A stretch of 64,000 nucleotides of DNA from Polyangiaceae bacterium (GTDB lineage: Bacteria > Myxococcota_A > Polyangia > Polyangiales > Polyangiaceae), in the NCBI GenBank assembly GCA_965222375.1, contig CBDCTZ010000009.1, forward strand, positions 350,662 through 414,661. The letters run 5' to 3'. The position numbers were made by a program, and so were the translations under genes. Below are positions 1 through 9,696 of the stretch, in pieces. The notes below the pieces were generated by a model. It was not told the origin of the DNA, did no database searches, and was given only the letters and a program-made list of their open reading frames with translations. The number at the start of each line of letters is the position of its first letter. The stretch's first letter is position 1.

Positions 1-1
1 C

Positions 2-154
2 AACGTCGTCGTGCAAGAAGCCGAGGGCGGAGGAGTCGAAGTCAGCGTGATCAACCCCAACGCCATGTTCGGGGTCATGGGCGATGACAGCCTCAAAGAC
101 GTGGCCAAAGAGGCCGACGAGCGGTTGCGGCGGGTCGTAAACGCTCTGTCCTGA
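2..154 (+). CDS. DUF302-family protein, C-terminal part (5' partial)
   Basis: Own translation from position 2: NVVVQEAEGGGVEVSVINPNAMFGVMGDDSLKDVAKEADERLRRVVNALS*, typical DUF302 C-terminus. Confidence 0.7.
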   Translation, partial: NVVVQEAEGGGVEVSVINPNAMFGVMGDDSLKDVAKEADERLRRVVNALS

Positions 155-290
155 CGATTGTCCCTAAAGGGTTTCGTGGATCGGCCGATCTAGATCCACG
201 TGTCGGCGGGCCTCACGTCTGGGGAGCCGAGCAGAAAGGAAGCCGCCAGCTGTGGCTTTCGAAGTGCTCGTGTGTCCCTGGAGGTGCAAA

Positions 291-1073
291 ATGCTGCCGT
301 CTCGTTGTTTGGTTCCGATGTTCTTGCTCGCCTTCGGCGCCGGTTGTGCTGCGGCCCCACCTCAGGCCCACAGCCTCGCTTCCAAGCCGGCGTCATCCGC
401 GAAGGCGGCCCCGGCTTCGAGCGTTGTTGCCAAGGCCGTCGAGCAAAGAGCGGTCGCTGAATCCGAAGCCTCGGCGGATGCGCCTGAGCCTTCACAGAAG
501 ATCGCTCTGGATCTGCCGAGACAATGCGCCGCAGGGCCGGCCCGCTGCGTTCCGCCGGCCAAGTTCGTGCGCGCGCTCTGCCAGCGCACGGCGCCCGAGG
601 TCGCCTTGGCCATGTTCAAGAAGGGCACGCCGTGGACGCGCGCCTACATGCGCCTAGATCGCGAGTTGTGGTTTGCCGGCAAGAAGCTCTCCAGCCCAGT
701 GCTGGCGCCGCGAGGCGAGGAGTTGCTCATCCTGCGGGAGCATGGTGGCTCCGGGGTGGTGGTTGGCGGCGGTAGCTACGATGCGCTGCGCTGGAACGGC
801 ACCTGCGTCTCCGTGGTGGCTGACGAGGTGACGCTTCAGTCCCCAAGCGCCGTCGAAGTGGCAACGATCAAGTGGAAGTATTTGCCCGACGCCACCCAGG
901 ACTCACTGCTGGAAAACACCGTGATCATGAGCTCGTACCGGGCGCGGATGAAGAAGTGTCGAGCCAGCGGTGGCGACGCCTGCGATCGTGCAGAACGTGA
1001 TCTGAGCCAGCACATCGCCGCTCACGTGCGCGACGGTGGCCCCGTCGCGGAGCCGAGCTTGCTCGACTGGTAG
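291..1073 (+). CDS. hypothetical lipoprotein
   Basis: Hydrophobic N-terminus with lipobox-like GAGC, Ala/Pro/Ser linker, Cys-containing globular domain; start uncertain. Confidence 0.65.
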   Translation: MLPSRCLVPMFLLAFGAGCAAAPPQAHSLASKPASSAKAAPASSVVAKAVEQRAVAESEASADAPEPSQKIALDLPRQCAAGPARCVPPAKFVRALCQRTAPEVALAMFKKGTPWTRAYMRLDRELWFAGKKLSSPVLAPRGEELLILREHGGSGVVVGGGSYDALRWNGTCVSVVADEVTLQSPSAVEVATIKWKYLPDATQDSLLENTVIMSSYRARMKKCRASGGDACDRAERDLSQHIAAHVRDGGPVAEPSLLDW

Positions 1074-1122
1074 ATCGCGGCGTCGAACTCAAGCTCGCGG
1101 GCCGGTTGCCGTTTGTTCGAGC

Positions 1123-1491
1123 ATGAGCTCCGCGCCCATTGGTGAGAGGTTGTTTGAGGCTGGGCTGATCGCGAAGGCCGATCTGTTGGCGGCGTTGGCG
1201 CTTCAACGTCAGCTCCGCCGTCGAAAACTCGGCGCAGTCCTGGTGGAGTGCGGTCTTGTCAGTGAGGAGGCAGTCGAAGAGGCTGCGCAGCGGAAGGGCG
1301 GATCATCCTTGGGCGACTGGCTGGTGGAACAGGGGCAGCTCGAGCCCGGGTCGCTCGAGCAGGCGTTGGATCTGCAGCGCCGCCAGCGGGCGCAGCGGCT
1401 CGGGGATCTGCTCGTCGCCATGGGCGCGATATCCCGCGCGCGGCTGGAAGCCTTCCTCGGTGCAGAGGGGGAGCGGACAGCGGTCGTGTAG
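1123..1491 (+). CDS. stand-alone MshEN-like (GSPII N-terminal) repeat protein
   Basis: Four xLGxxLxxxGLI...L..AL..Q-like motifs (PIGERL, KLGAVL, SLGDWL, RLGDLL). Confidence 0.75.
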   Translation: MSSAPIGERLFEAGLIAKADLLAALALQRQLRRRKLGAVLVECGLVSEEAVEEAAQRKGGSSLGDWLVEQGQLEPGSLEQALDLQRRQRAQRLGDLLVAMGAISRARLEAFLGAEGERTAVV

Positions 1492-1519
1492 AATGGGCCG
1501 CGACTAGCGGTCTTTCAAT

Positions 1520-2341
1520 ATGTGTGAACTCTTCGCCATGTCGGCTCGGTTGCCGGCGACAGTGCGGCTGTCGCTGAGCGAGCTTGCCCGCCACGGCGGC
1601 GAGACCGGGCCCCATGCGGACGGTTGGGGCGTGGCGTTTCAAGAAGAGACTGACGTGCGGTTGCTCCGGGAACCCGATGCCGCAAGCTCGAGCGTGTGCG
1701 CCGAAGTCCTTCAGCAGCACGCGATCAAGAGCCCGATGGTCTTGGCGCACATCCGCTTGGCGACTCAAGGGCCGCCGGCTCTCAAGAACACCCAGCCCTT
1801 TGTGCGAGAGCTCGCCGGGCGCACCCACACCTTCGCGCACAACGGTCGCCTCGATACGATTGAAGACAGCATCGCGCCCGGCGGTACTCGCTTTCGACGC
1901 GTCGGAGATACGGATTCGGAGTACGCCTTCTGCGTACTGTTGCATCGGCTGGAAGAGCTGTGGACCTCCGGCGCGACCCCGGCGCTGCAGGAGCGCTACG
2001 TCGTAGTTAGCGCCTTCGCGCGAGAGATTACTCGACTTGGGCCCGCCAACTTCATGTATGCGGACGGTGACGCACTGTTCGTTCACGCCGACCAGCGCAA
2101 GCAGCAGAGCGGACACTTCGAGCCGCCCGGGCTGCATCTTCTGTATCGAAATTGCGACTACGGGCACCGCCCTTTCGATACCAAAGCCGTGAAAGTCCAC
2201 GACGGGCAGAACGAGCAGGCCGTCGCGTTGATCGCCAGCGTGCCCCTGTCGGAGGAACCGTGGTTGCCGCTGGCGCAGGGGACGGTGCTGGCGTTTCGCG
2301 CCGGCGGCCTGGTCGCCGGCAACGTCGCGGCAAACCCGTGA
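1520..2341 (+). CDS. class II glutamine amidotransferase (YafJ/EgtC-like)
   Basis: N-terminal MC, HADGWG, AHIRLAT, FAHNG, GDTDSE motifs. Confidence 0.9.
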   Translation: MCELFAMSARLPATVRLSLSELARHGGETGPHADGWGVAFQEETDVRLLREPDAASSSVCAEVLQQHAIKSPMVLAHIRLATQGPPALKNTQPFVRELAGRTHTFAHNGRLDTIEDSIAPGGTRFRRVGDTDSEYAFCVLLHRLEELWTSGATPALQERYVVVSAFAREITRLGPANFMYADGDALFVHADQRKQQSGHFEPPGLHLLYRNCDYGHRPFDTKAVKVHDGQNEQAVALIASVPLSEEPWLPLAQGTVLAFRAGGLVAGNVAANP

Positions 2342-2347
2342 TGCGCG

Positions 2348-2920
2348 CTAGCTCGCCCACTTGGTCTTGCTGCCACACTGAAGCATCTTCTTGCCCATGT
2401 AGGGGTTGGCCATGGCCTCTTTGGTCTGCACCCACTTCTTGTAGCCCTTGGCCATGGGGCATTCGAAGACGTGATGGTCGCGCTGTAGCTCGCGTTCTTT
2501 GGCGATCAGGGCAACCACGTGCTTGCTGAGTTCGCCGAAAGCGAGGCGTGCTTCTTCGATGTCCTTCTTGTCCTTGAGTTCCGATGCGGCGTTGGCCATG
2601 CCCTCCAGGGACTGCTTGGCGCCGCCCTTCGCCTTACCCGCTGCGACTTTGGCAACGTTGGCCAGAGAGTCGGCCTGCTTCGCGACGGGCCCCATATTGT
2701 CAGCGGCCAGCGCCGTTCGGATCCCCTCGTAGTAGTTGAGGGCGGCGCGGGTTCTGAGCAACACCTCGGCGGACATCGTCGCTCCAGCTTGCGGCTTGTT
2801 CTTCTCGGCAGCCTTCGCCACCGGGCTGTTCTTGTCCGTTTTCGGCTCCTTGGCGCAGCCGACGCCAAGGCTGGCTACGGTGGCGGCTGTGATGGTCGCA
2901 ATGGCTCGGTAGTGACTCAT
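2348..2920 (-). CDS. DUF3347-domain lipoprotein (heavy-metal associated)
   Basis: Lipobox GVGC; CPMA...W...NPYMGKKMLQCG motif. Confidence 0.8.
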   Translation of the reverse strand: MSHYRAIATITAATVASLGVGCAKEPKTDKNSPVAKAAEKNKPQAGATMSAEVLLRTRAALNYYEGIRTALAADNMGPVAKQADSLANVAKVAAGKAKGGAKQSLEGMANAASELKDKKDIEEARLAFGELSKHVVALIAKERELQRDHHVFECPMAKGYKKWVQTKEAMANPYMGKKMLQCGSKTKWAS

Positions 2921-3102
2921 GGCCGGTCTTCCTTTGTTCGTCGGCGCAGTGGTAGCGCGACCGGGCACGTGGGCCCAGCTTCAGTCGTCCGTCAAACGGT
3001 TCGTGCCAGCTAAAAGAAAGCGGCGTTCCGCCGAAAATCCAGGGGCCGGCTCACATTATTCGTCGGTGCTGGCTAATATTGTGAGCGCCACAGGGCCCGG
3101 CC

Positions 3103-3130
3103 TTGACTCTTTTCAGGCCGTGAGTAGGCT
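3103..3130 (+). promoter_or_regulatory. putative sigma70 promoter of tRNA-Asn
   Basis: TTGACT (3103-3108), 16-nt spacer, TAGGCT (3125-3130), 15 nt before the tRNA. Confidence 0.5.
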
Positions 3131-3145
3131 CCCGGGCCCCAACAT

Positions 3146-3221
3146 TCCGGGATAGCTCAGTTGGTAGAGCGGTCGGCTGTTAACCGATTGGTCCCTGGTT
3201 CGAGTCCAGGTCCCGGAGCCA
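3146..3221 (+). tRNA. tRNA-Asn (GTT)
   Basis: 76 nt; acceptor TCCGGGA/TCCCGGA, D-arm AGCTCAGTTGGTAGAGC, anticodon loop CT-GTT-AA, T-loop GGTTCGAGTCC, encoded CCA. Confidence 0.97.
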
Positions 3222-3407
3222 GTTTCAAGTCGCGTCCCCTGACGCGACCGGTTGGTTCACGCACATCGCATCGCCAGAGACGCCTCGCCGCGTCGCTTCT
3301 TCCCGCGAAAATACCGCGGTGACGGCGATGCGCCGCTTCCGGTGCTGCTTGGCGACTCCGAGATGGAGAATCCATTAGCGCGCGATTTCGACCCACCGTT
3401 CCCAAAG

Positions 3408-3566
3408 GGGGCCCGGTTTCTGCGATGGAGCGCGCTGAGAGTCTCGGGGTTGCGGAGCGAAAAGCGGGGGCCCGGTTTCCGTGATGGCCATGCGTAGAAT
3501 CTCGATACCCGCGGAATCGGACAGCGCCGGGCCCGGTTTCCGAAATGGAGCGTGCTGAGAATCTCC
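3408..3566. repeat. three degenerate ~38-bp direct repeats with unique 20-23-nt spacers
   Basis: GGGCCCGGTTTC.G..ATGG....G...AGA.TCTC near 3408, 3467 and 3528. Confidence 0.75.
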
Positions 3567-3662
3567 AGCGCTCACAGAAAGGAAAACAGGAGGGCGCTTC
3601 ATCCAGAGCCGATCCTCGTGTATCGGCACGCGGTCCCGCGAGCCTCGAGTCCTGAAGCCAGC

Positions 3663-3973
3663 TCACCGTTTGGGAGGACGCCCCGAACGACGCGTCTTGG
3701 ACTTCGAGCTGTCGGACTTTGGCCGAACAATGCTGTGGACTTCGACGCCCAGACAGTGGGCGACGGCCTGCAAGGTGAGTAGAGTAGCGTTCGACTCGCC
3801 GGCTTCGAGCTTCTGCCAGCCCGTGAGGTGAAGTCCCGCTTGCTCGGCGGCGGCTTGTTGGGTCAAGCCCGCCCTGCCACCAGGTACGCGATTCGCCGAC
3901 CGACGCCGTTCAGAAAGGCCGCAAACTCAGGACTGTTTCGCTCTTTGCGGCGGGCTTGAGTGGCTTCGCGCAC
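3663..3973 (-). pseudogene. XRE-family HTH regulator, frameshifted near 3880
   Basis: MREATQARRKERNSPEFAAFLNGVGRRIAYL in one frame continues as GRAGLTQQAAAEQAGLHLTGWQKLEAGESNATLLTL in another. Confidence 0.7.
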
Positions 3974-4859
3974 TCCACCGAGTCTGGGAAATACAGACCA
4001 TGTTATGTGTTTTGCGCCGACCAAGCCGTTTCGCGGAGGCACCGCGAGCTTTGCTGCGCAGCTGCAGGATGCGATGAAGACGGCCCCGGGCTCTTGTGAG
4101 AATGCACCGAGGATTCTCGTCGTCGATGACGACGCGCTGTTGTTGTCGTCTCTCCTCGACGACTTCCTTGTGGAGCGCGCCAGTTAATGAGCAGCTGATC
4201 GGGTCGGGAATTGCCTAGCAGTGTCTCCCAATCGTCGCTGGACACAGCAACGAAGGAGAGACGACATGGCACAGAGGAAAAAGCGACAGGTCCGGCGGGT
4301 GGCCAGCAGCAGGCGCGCCACAACGGGGAACTCTCGGTTAATGAACCGGACGTGCTCGTCAGTTGGCTTTGCCCGACGGATCTCATCAATAACCGCGACA
4401 CCTGGCAGTTCTCGGTCGTAGGCAAGAAACTCGTACTTCACATCGAAAACAGCACAACGACGTTCTCCCGCCGATGACCACCATCCGGCCATGATCGCCT
4501 CCCCCACTTCCAACATTGGCGGGTGCCCTTTCCGCCTCCGCTAACCCGAAAACTCGGCATGGGTGCCGAGTTGATCGACGACGGTGGTCCCGGTTCGTGC
4601 TGACCTCACCACGCCGAAGCGCGCGGGTTTCGCGCACGTCGATCGCAAGCTCTCAAGCTCTCGCGCTCTCCCGCTGCCCCGTCCTGACGTGAGAGCCGTG
4701 GTCCGGTCGGCTGGCTCCACGGAGGTTGGCGAATGCTTAGCGAAGCGGAGATCCTGCGGGAGGAGTTCGCGCGAGCGGAGCGCGGTCCAGGTTGGCGCTA
4801 CAGCGCGGAGCTTCGTCGCTTCGTCGGCGCGCGGTGGCGTGTGCCCACGATCTGGTGCT

Positions 4860-5111
4860 CGTAGCGCCTGATGTGCGCCTCCACTCAGCGGCCGGCCGTG
4901 GCCGCAGACCAGGTGTTCAAAACGCAGCGCGGCGGGGCGGTCGAAGTCGTCCTTGAGCTTTGCACCGTGCGTGGCCATTACCCGGCGCCAAACCGGCGAG
5001 ATTTGGGCAGGGCGCCGGCGGAGCCCTATCACCCGAGTCACAACTCGGGCAAGTGGGATCGTCCGCGATTTCCTCGATCGGGCCATGGGGCATGCTCGCC
5101 GGATACGCCAT
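4860..5111 (-). pseudogene. internally deleted remnant paralogous to CDS 44687-45400
   Basis: MAYPASMPHGPIEEIADD joined out of frame to PLARVVTRVIGLRRRPAQISPVWRR...DDFDR..AL.FEHLVCGHG. Confidence 0.75.
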
Positions 5112-5621
5112 CACTGTCGACCTCCGCTCAGGATGAGATCCATGTCTTCACTTCGGCTCGGGTCGCGACGTAGGCGGTGCGGAATGTTCGCTGGTCCTTC
5201 CGGACCTCTTCCCGCGATTCCACTTCAACGCTCCGTATTCACGCCCGACCGCCTCGATCCCTACGCTGCGACGGAAGAGATCGTCTCGCTGATCCAGAGC
5301 CTGGCTGGCCCGCCTCGTCATAGCCAGCCCCCCAGCACGCTTCGTTTCCGGCACCCTCTCAGCTTTTTGCAACCTCCAGATTCGCGGAAGAAACGCCGTT
5401 TTCGGGTCGTGCACGATGACGAGCTCCCTCAGGGCGCACTCCGCAGGGGCCCGAATCGGCAGGTGGGCGGCTAAATCAGAGACCCGGCACGCCGGTGCCC
5501 GCTTCGAATGCCGGTGCGAACACGTTGACCGGAAAGGGGTGAAGACATGGTGGTTTCGGTGGCAACGGGTCGCAAAGTCACGACCGCGCAGGTTTCCGAA
5601 CTGGGGCGTCCATCTTCCCGG

Positions 5622-6075
5622 ATGCACAGCGGTTGCGAGCACTGGCGCAATTACTACGACGAGGAAACTCTCTCGCGCGGCGACGCGCTGCGGGAGGTGC
5701 ACGCGATCCGCTCGGCCGGGGAGACGATTCACATCGACGCCTATCCGCGCCCCGAGGGGCGACTATTCGATCGCGGAAGCGACGCAGAACATCGTCGACG
5801 TAGCGAGATGGGCCAAGTTCACTTCGGAGGAACCACCTTCCTTGCCGGTGGCAGTGTTGGAGGCGGACTCAGCTATTACGCCGCCGCCGCCGGCGCGCCG
5901 GCACGAGCGATCGCGTGCCTGAACCTCGTCGACTTTTCGACGACCGACTCCTGGCAGTTCTCGAAGCTCGCGCCTTGGGCAAAGGTTGCGGGCATGGCGA
6001 CGGTCTCGGAGCGCTTCATGCGGGTGATCACGCCCATGCATCGGGTGCGCTTTCCTTTCTCGTGGATCGGACGTT
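5622..6075 (+). pseudogene. fragmented alpha/beta-hydrolase
   Basis: GGSVGG nucleophile elbow; GDYSIAEATQNIVDVARWAK segment in another frame; no C-terminal part. Confidence 0.6.
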
Positions 6076-6154
6076 CCGTAGAGGGAGTAGTCGACGCTGG
6101 CGAGCTTGTGGTTGCGGGGCGGGTTCTTCGCTTGGCTACCGGCGCGGCCTCTGC

Positions 6155-6583
6155 CTAGCAGGCCATCGAGAGCAGCATCGCGGTGACACAGGTGTCGGTC
6201 CAGCCGACGCTCCACAGATTGACGCCGCCGGTTTCGGTCACGCCTTCGTCGAGCAAGAGCTCGCAGCTCGACCGCGCAGCGCGATGGCCTGGCGGCAGGC
6301 CGAGCTGGGTCAAGAGGCGCAGGGTGTAGAACGTCGAGGTCCACTTCGGTTGGTACAGTCCGCCACCCCAGGTGCCATCTCTGCTTCGATGCGATAGCAG
6401 GCGCGCGCCCCAGCCTTCGCGCGCCACTCGCCCGCGCGTTTTGATCCACGTCGCCTCGGCGCGGCCCAGCAGGTCTCGCTGAACCTGCCACACCACGGCG
6501 GGATCGCCCTCGAGGAGCCAAGGGACTACCTCGTCGGAAGCATGCTCAATGCCACTCCGCCGCTTCATGCTCTTCCGTGCCAT
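6155..6583 (-). pseudogene. truncated prenyltransferase/squalene-cyclase-repeat-like protein
   Basis: WLLEGDPAV..QV.RDL, DGTWGGGLYQPKWTSTFYTL, TCVTAM motifs; stops after ~140 aa. Confidence 0.6.
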
Positions 6584-6662
6584 GGACGTTCTCGTTAGGT
6601 AGCCCAGCTAGCTGTGAGCGGATACGCCCTTCATTTCTGCTACTGTTCTGGCCGGAAGTCGA

Positions 6663-7328
6663 TCAGTTCCACCCAATCATCTCTTCGCGGTGCCGAAAAG
6701 GGGCCGGGCGCTCGACGGCATCCAGCATCCATTGCGCCACGTCGCTTCTCGGCATTTGTGAAGACAGCCCAAAGCGCTCGACGATGCCCGTCCGGTTGCT
6801 GGTCTTGTCTGCGTTGGTCAAACCGACAGGGCGCACCATCAGAGTGTCGAGATCGCTCCTGCGATACAGCTGTTCCATCTGATCCATATCGCGATAAGAC
6901 ACGGCAATGTTGCTCCGACGAACCAAGAACTTCATCACGGCACTCATCTGATCCCAGCTGTCACCGACACCGGCGGCGCTGATGGCAACGATGCGCTGAA
7001 CTCCGCGCTTTTGCATGGCACGCACGATGTTCCGAGCACTGCCGCTCGTGAGGTTCGCTGGTGATGCCAACGCTGACCAGGGGTTCGCTGGGTTCTTCCG
7101 CCTGATACCCAGACAGGAAACGACAGCGTCCTGACCGCCCATCACGTGGTCGACCGCATCCGCATCGAGCACGCTGCCCTCGACAACCTGAACGCCTTCG
7201 GGTGCGGTGAACCCGGCTGTCGAGCGGACGAATGCGGTCACGTGATGGCCACGAGCTTTCGCCAGGTCGACCACCCATCCACCACAGGCGCCTGACGCAC
7301 CGAATACCAGGAGTTTTGCGTACTTCAT
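6663..7328 (-). CDS. NAD(P)H-binding oxidoreductase (flavin reductase/BVR-B-like)
   Basis: VFGASGACG Rossmann motif; RBS AAGGAG before MKYAK. Confidence 0.88.
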   Translation of the reverse strand: MKYAKLLVFGASGACGGWVVDLAKARGHHVTAFVRSTAGFTAPEGVQVVEGSVLDADAVDHVMGGQDAVVSCLGIRRKNPANPWSALASPANLTSGSARNIVRAMQKRGVQRIVAISAAGVGDSWDQMSAVMKFLVRRSNIAVSYRDMDQMEQLYRRSDLDTLMVRPVGLTNADKTSNRTGIVERFGLSSQMPRSDVAQWMLDAVERPAPFRHREEMIGWN

Positions 7329-7423
7329 CGGGTCTCCTTTCGCGGGGGCGACTCGCCCCGCCGCACCCACGAGTATGTACATGCAAAATAGTTCTGAAAA
7401 GTGCCTATAACCGCAGCTATACT

Positions 7424-7437
7424 ATGCAAATCTGCAT
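7424..7437. promoter_or_regulatory. inverted repeat, putative LysR operator
   Basis: ATGCA-AATC-TGCAT between divergent oxidoreductase and LysR genes. Confidence 0.4.
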
Positions 7438-8329
7438 GGATAGGCGCCGAGTCAACTTCGATTGGAACCGAGCCCGCGCGTTCCTGGTGACCGCGGAGGA
7501 GGGCTCGTTCTCGGCGGCTTCACGAGCGCTTGGCATCGCGCAGACCAGCATCGGCCGCCAGGTCGCGGCGCTGGAATCCGAGCTCGATGTGCGGTTGTTC
7601 GAGCGCATCGGACGTGGATTGGTGCTCACGCCAACCGGGCTCGAGCTCGTCGAGCAGGTTCGCTCGATGGCCGAGTCCGCCACACGCGTTTCGCGGATTG
7701 CTGCCGGTCAATCCGTTAGCCTGGACGGGCCGGTCTGTGTCAGCGCGACCGACATGGTTGCCGCGTTTCTCTTGCCGCCGATCCTGGCGGAGATCCGCAG
7801 CCAGCATCCGGGGATCGAAATAGAGGTCGTGGCAACCAGCAGCATCACCGATCTGAGTCGCAGGGAGGCAGATGTCGCCATACGCAATGTGCGGCCGAGT
7901 CACGCCGACCTCGTAGTGACGAAGGTCCGGGACGCAGAGGTGTACCTCTATGCCACGCCCGGCTACCTTGCTTCTCTGGGCAACCCGAGCACCCTGGACG
8001 AGCTCTCGCGCGCGGAGTTCATCGACTTCGATCACAGCGCGAGGTTGATGACCGGACTGGCTTCTCTTGGCTTGCATCTCAGTCGCAGAAGCTTTCCCTG
8101 GGTCTGCGACAACCAGCATGTGCAGTGGGCACTCGTGACGCAGGGCTCCGGCGTGGGTATCATGCATGCTGAGGTCGGGGACTCTGATCCTCGCGTTCAG
8201 CGCGTACTTCCAGACCTGCCGCCACTGCCCTTTCCCCTCTTCCTGACTGCCCACCGCGAGGTCCGTACCAGTCGGCGGGTGCGGGTCGTGTTCGATCTGC
8301 TGGCGAAGCGCCTGCGGGAGGGGGCTTGA
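7436..8329 (+). CDS. LysR-family transcriptional regulator
   Basis: AFLVTAEEGSFSAASRALGIAQTSIGRQVAALE...LFER HTH; ~297 aa. Confidence 0.95.
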   Translation: MDRRRVNFDWNRARAFLVTAEEGSFSAASRALGIAQTSIGRQVAALESELDVRLFERIGRGLVLTPTGLELVEQVRSMAESATRVSRIAAGQSVSLDGPVCVSATDMVAAFLLPPILAEIRSQHPGIEIEVVATSSITDLSRREADVAIRNVRPSHADLVVTKVRDAEVYLYATPGYLASLGNPSTLDELSRAEFIDFDHSARLMTGLASLGLHLSRRSFPWVCDNQHVQWALVTQGSGVGIMHAEVGDSDPRVQRVLPDLPPLPFPLFLTAHREVRTSRRVRVVFDLLAKRLREGA

Positions 8330-8765
8330 ACGCTGCCCGGCTTATTGTGTAGCCGACTTCGGGTTTTCTGGTCACGTACCTGCGCTAACCTCCTCACCCT
8401 TGCCGTCGAACCACAGGCAGGTTCGAACTTTTGGTTTGTCGCTCACGTCGGTCCTCCTTGGGGTTGTAGAGTCAGACGTGCGCTGGCTCTGGCGTCAACG
8501 GGTTTGGCGGGCACGACGAGGCGGCGGGAGCGGTACGCCAACGACCCGCGGGCTCGGAACGTCCCGCTCGTGCCGGGTGCGAGAGGCGGCACGCCGTTGG
8601 ATGGAGAAACAGTTCAGCTCTGTTGCCTCCCCCAAAAATGAAATGGTGGTTTGGGCTGGCAACAGAGCTGAACTGCCGCTTCCCTGGCCAGCGCCGGGGC
8701 GTCGCCCGCGCGCGAGGGCGCTTGGCACGAGCCCCTGGTTGGACGGCATCGGTGAAAGCGTAGAC

Positions 8766-9650
8766 TCACGCGCCCGTGTACGCCGGGTCCCCGGGCGATC
8801 GATATCGGTCCAAGGGACTGCGCAAGGCGTCGCTGCCGTAGTAGCGGCCGTTGCCCTCCAGCTCGCCGAAGAGCAAGTGCATCGTGGAGTGCGTGCCTTC
8901 CGAGGGAGGCTTCATGCCGAGCTGCGCCGGGGACTTATTCTGCGAATCCGAAAAGTGTCGGTTCATATCCGTGGCAATGAAGCCCGGCGTGCACGCGTTG
9001 ATGTGCAGGTCTGGGTTTTTGCGCGCCAAGATCAACGTGTAGGTATTGGCGCAGGCCTTAGACAGCCCGTAGGCGGACAGGGAGCCGAGACCAGCGGCGC
9101 GGATGGCGTCGTCGTTGCCCTCCATCGCGACACATGCGTCGATGAAGCCGCGTAGCTCCGAAAGCTCGAGGCTTTTGTTGACGAAGAACGCCTGGCGCTC
9201 GGCGGTGCAGGCGCTGACGAAGTTGGGCCCGGACGCCGAAGTGACGTTCACCACGCGGCCGCCCTTGGCTGCAAGCAAGGGTAGGAAGGCCTCGCATACT
9301 CGCTGCACGCCAAAGGTATTCACCTGCAGGACCTGCTCGAGACTCGCATTGGTCGCGCCGACCCCGGCGTTGTTCACCACGCCCCACAGCGGATCGGTCG
9401 AGTGCAGCGCTTTCACTTGCTCCAAGGCTGCAGCCACTGACGCGTTGCTGGCAACGTCGATTTCGAGCACGGTAATCCGTTCAGCCCAGTCGGCGTGTGT
9501 CTCCAAGAGCCCCGCCCGGGCGGCGTCGCCTCGCTGTCGGTTGCGGGAGCCCAGCAGGACGTGAGTGCCTGGGTGCTTGGAAAGGATGGCCTCCACGATG
9601 GCCAACCCAATGCCCTTGTTGGCGCCGGTTACCAAAATGCGTCGTGTCAC
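8766..9650 (-). CDS. SDR oxidoreductase (carbonyl reductase-like)
   Basis: TGANKGIG, NNAG, YGLSK, ACTPGFIATD; RBS AAGGAG before GTG. Confidence 0.92.
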   Translation of the reverse strand: MTRRILVTGANKGIGLAIVEAILSKHPGTHVLLGSRNRQRGDAARAGLLETHADWAERITVLEIDVASNASVAAALEQVKALHSTDPLWGVVNNAGVGATNASLEQVLQVNTFGVQRVCEAFLPLLAAKGGRVVNVTSASGPNFVSACTAERQAFFVNKSLELSELRGFIDACVAMEGNDDAIRAAGLGSLSAYGLSKACANTYTLILARKNPDLHINACTPGFIATDMNRHFSDSQNKSPAQLGMKPPSEGTHSTMHLLFGELEGNGRYYGSDALRSPLDRYRSPGDPAYTGA

Positions 9651-9696
9651 GATATGCTCCTTGGGTTTGGGGTGGGCCCCGGGCTTTTCAGCGGCG

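Noticed and set aside
3408..3566. Canonical CRISPR call for the ~60-bp-period repeats
   Set aside because: Repeats are too divergent, spacers are short, there are only three copies and no cas genes. Kept only as an unexplained array.
3645..3660. attR-like duplicate of the tRNA 3' end (TCGAGTCC…GCCA)
   Set aside because: Only 8 contiguous matching bases and no integrase; likely chance.
4184..4516. Overlapping short ORFs on both strands
   Set aside because: An RBS precedes MAQRKK at 4266, but no frame gives a recognisable product.
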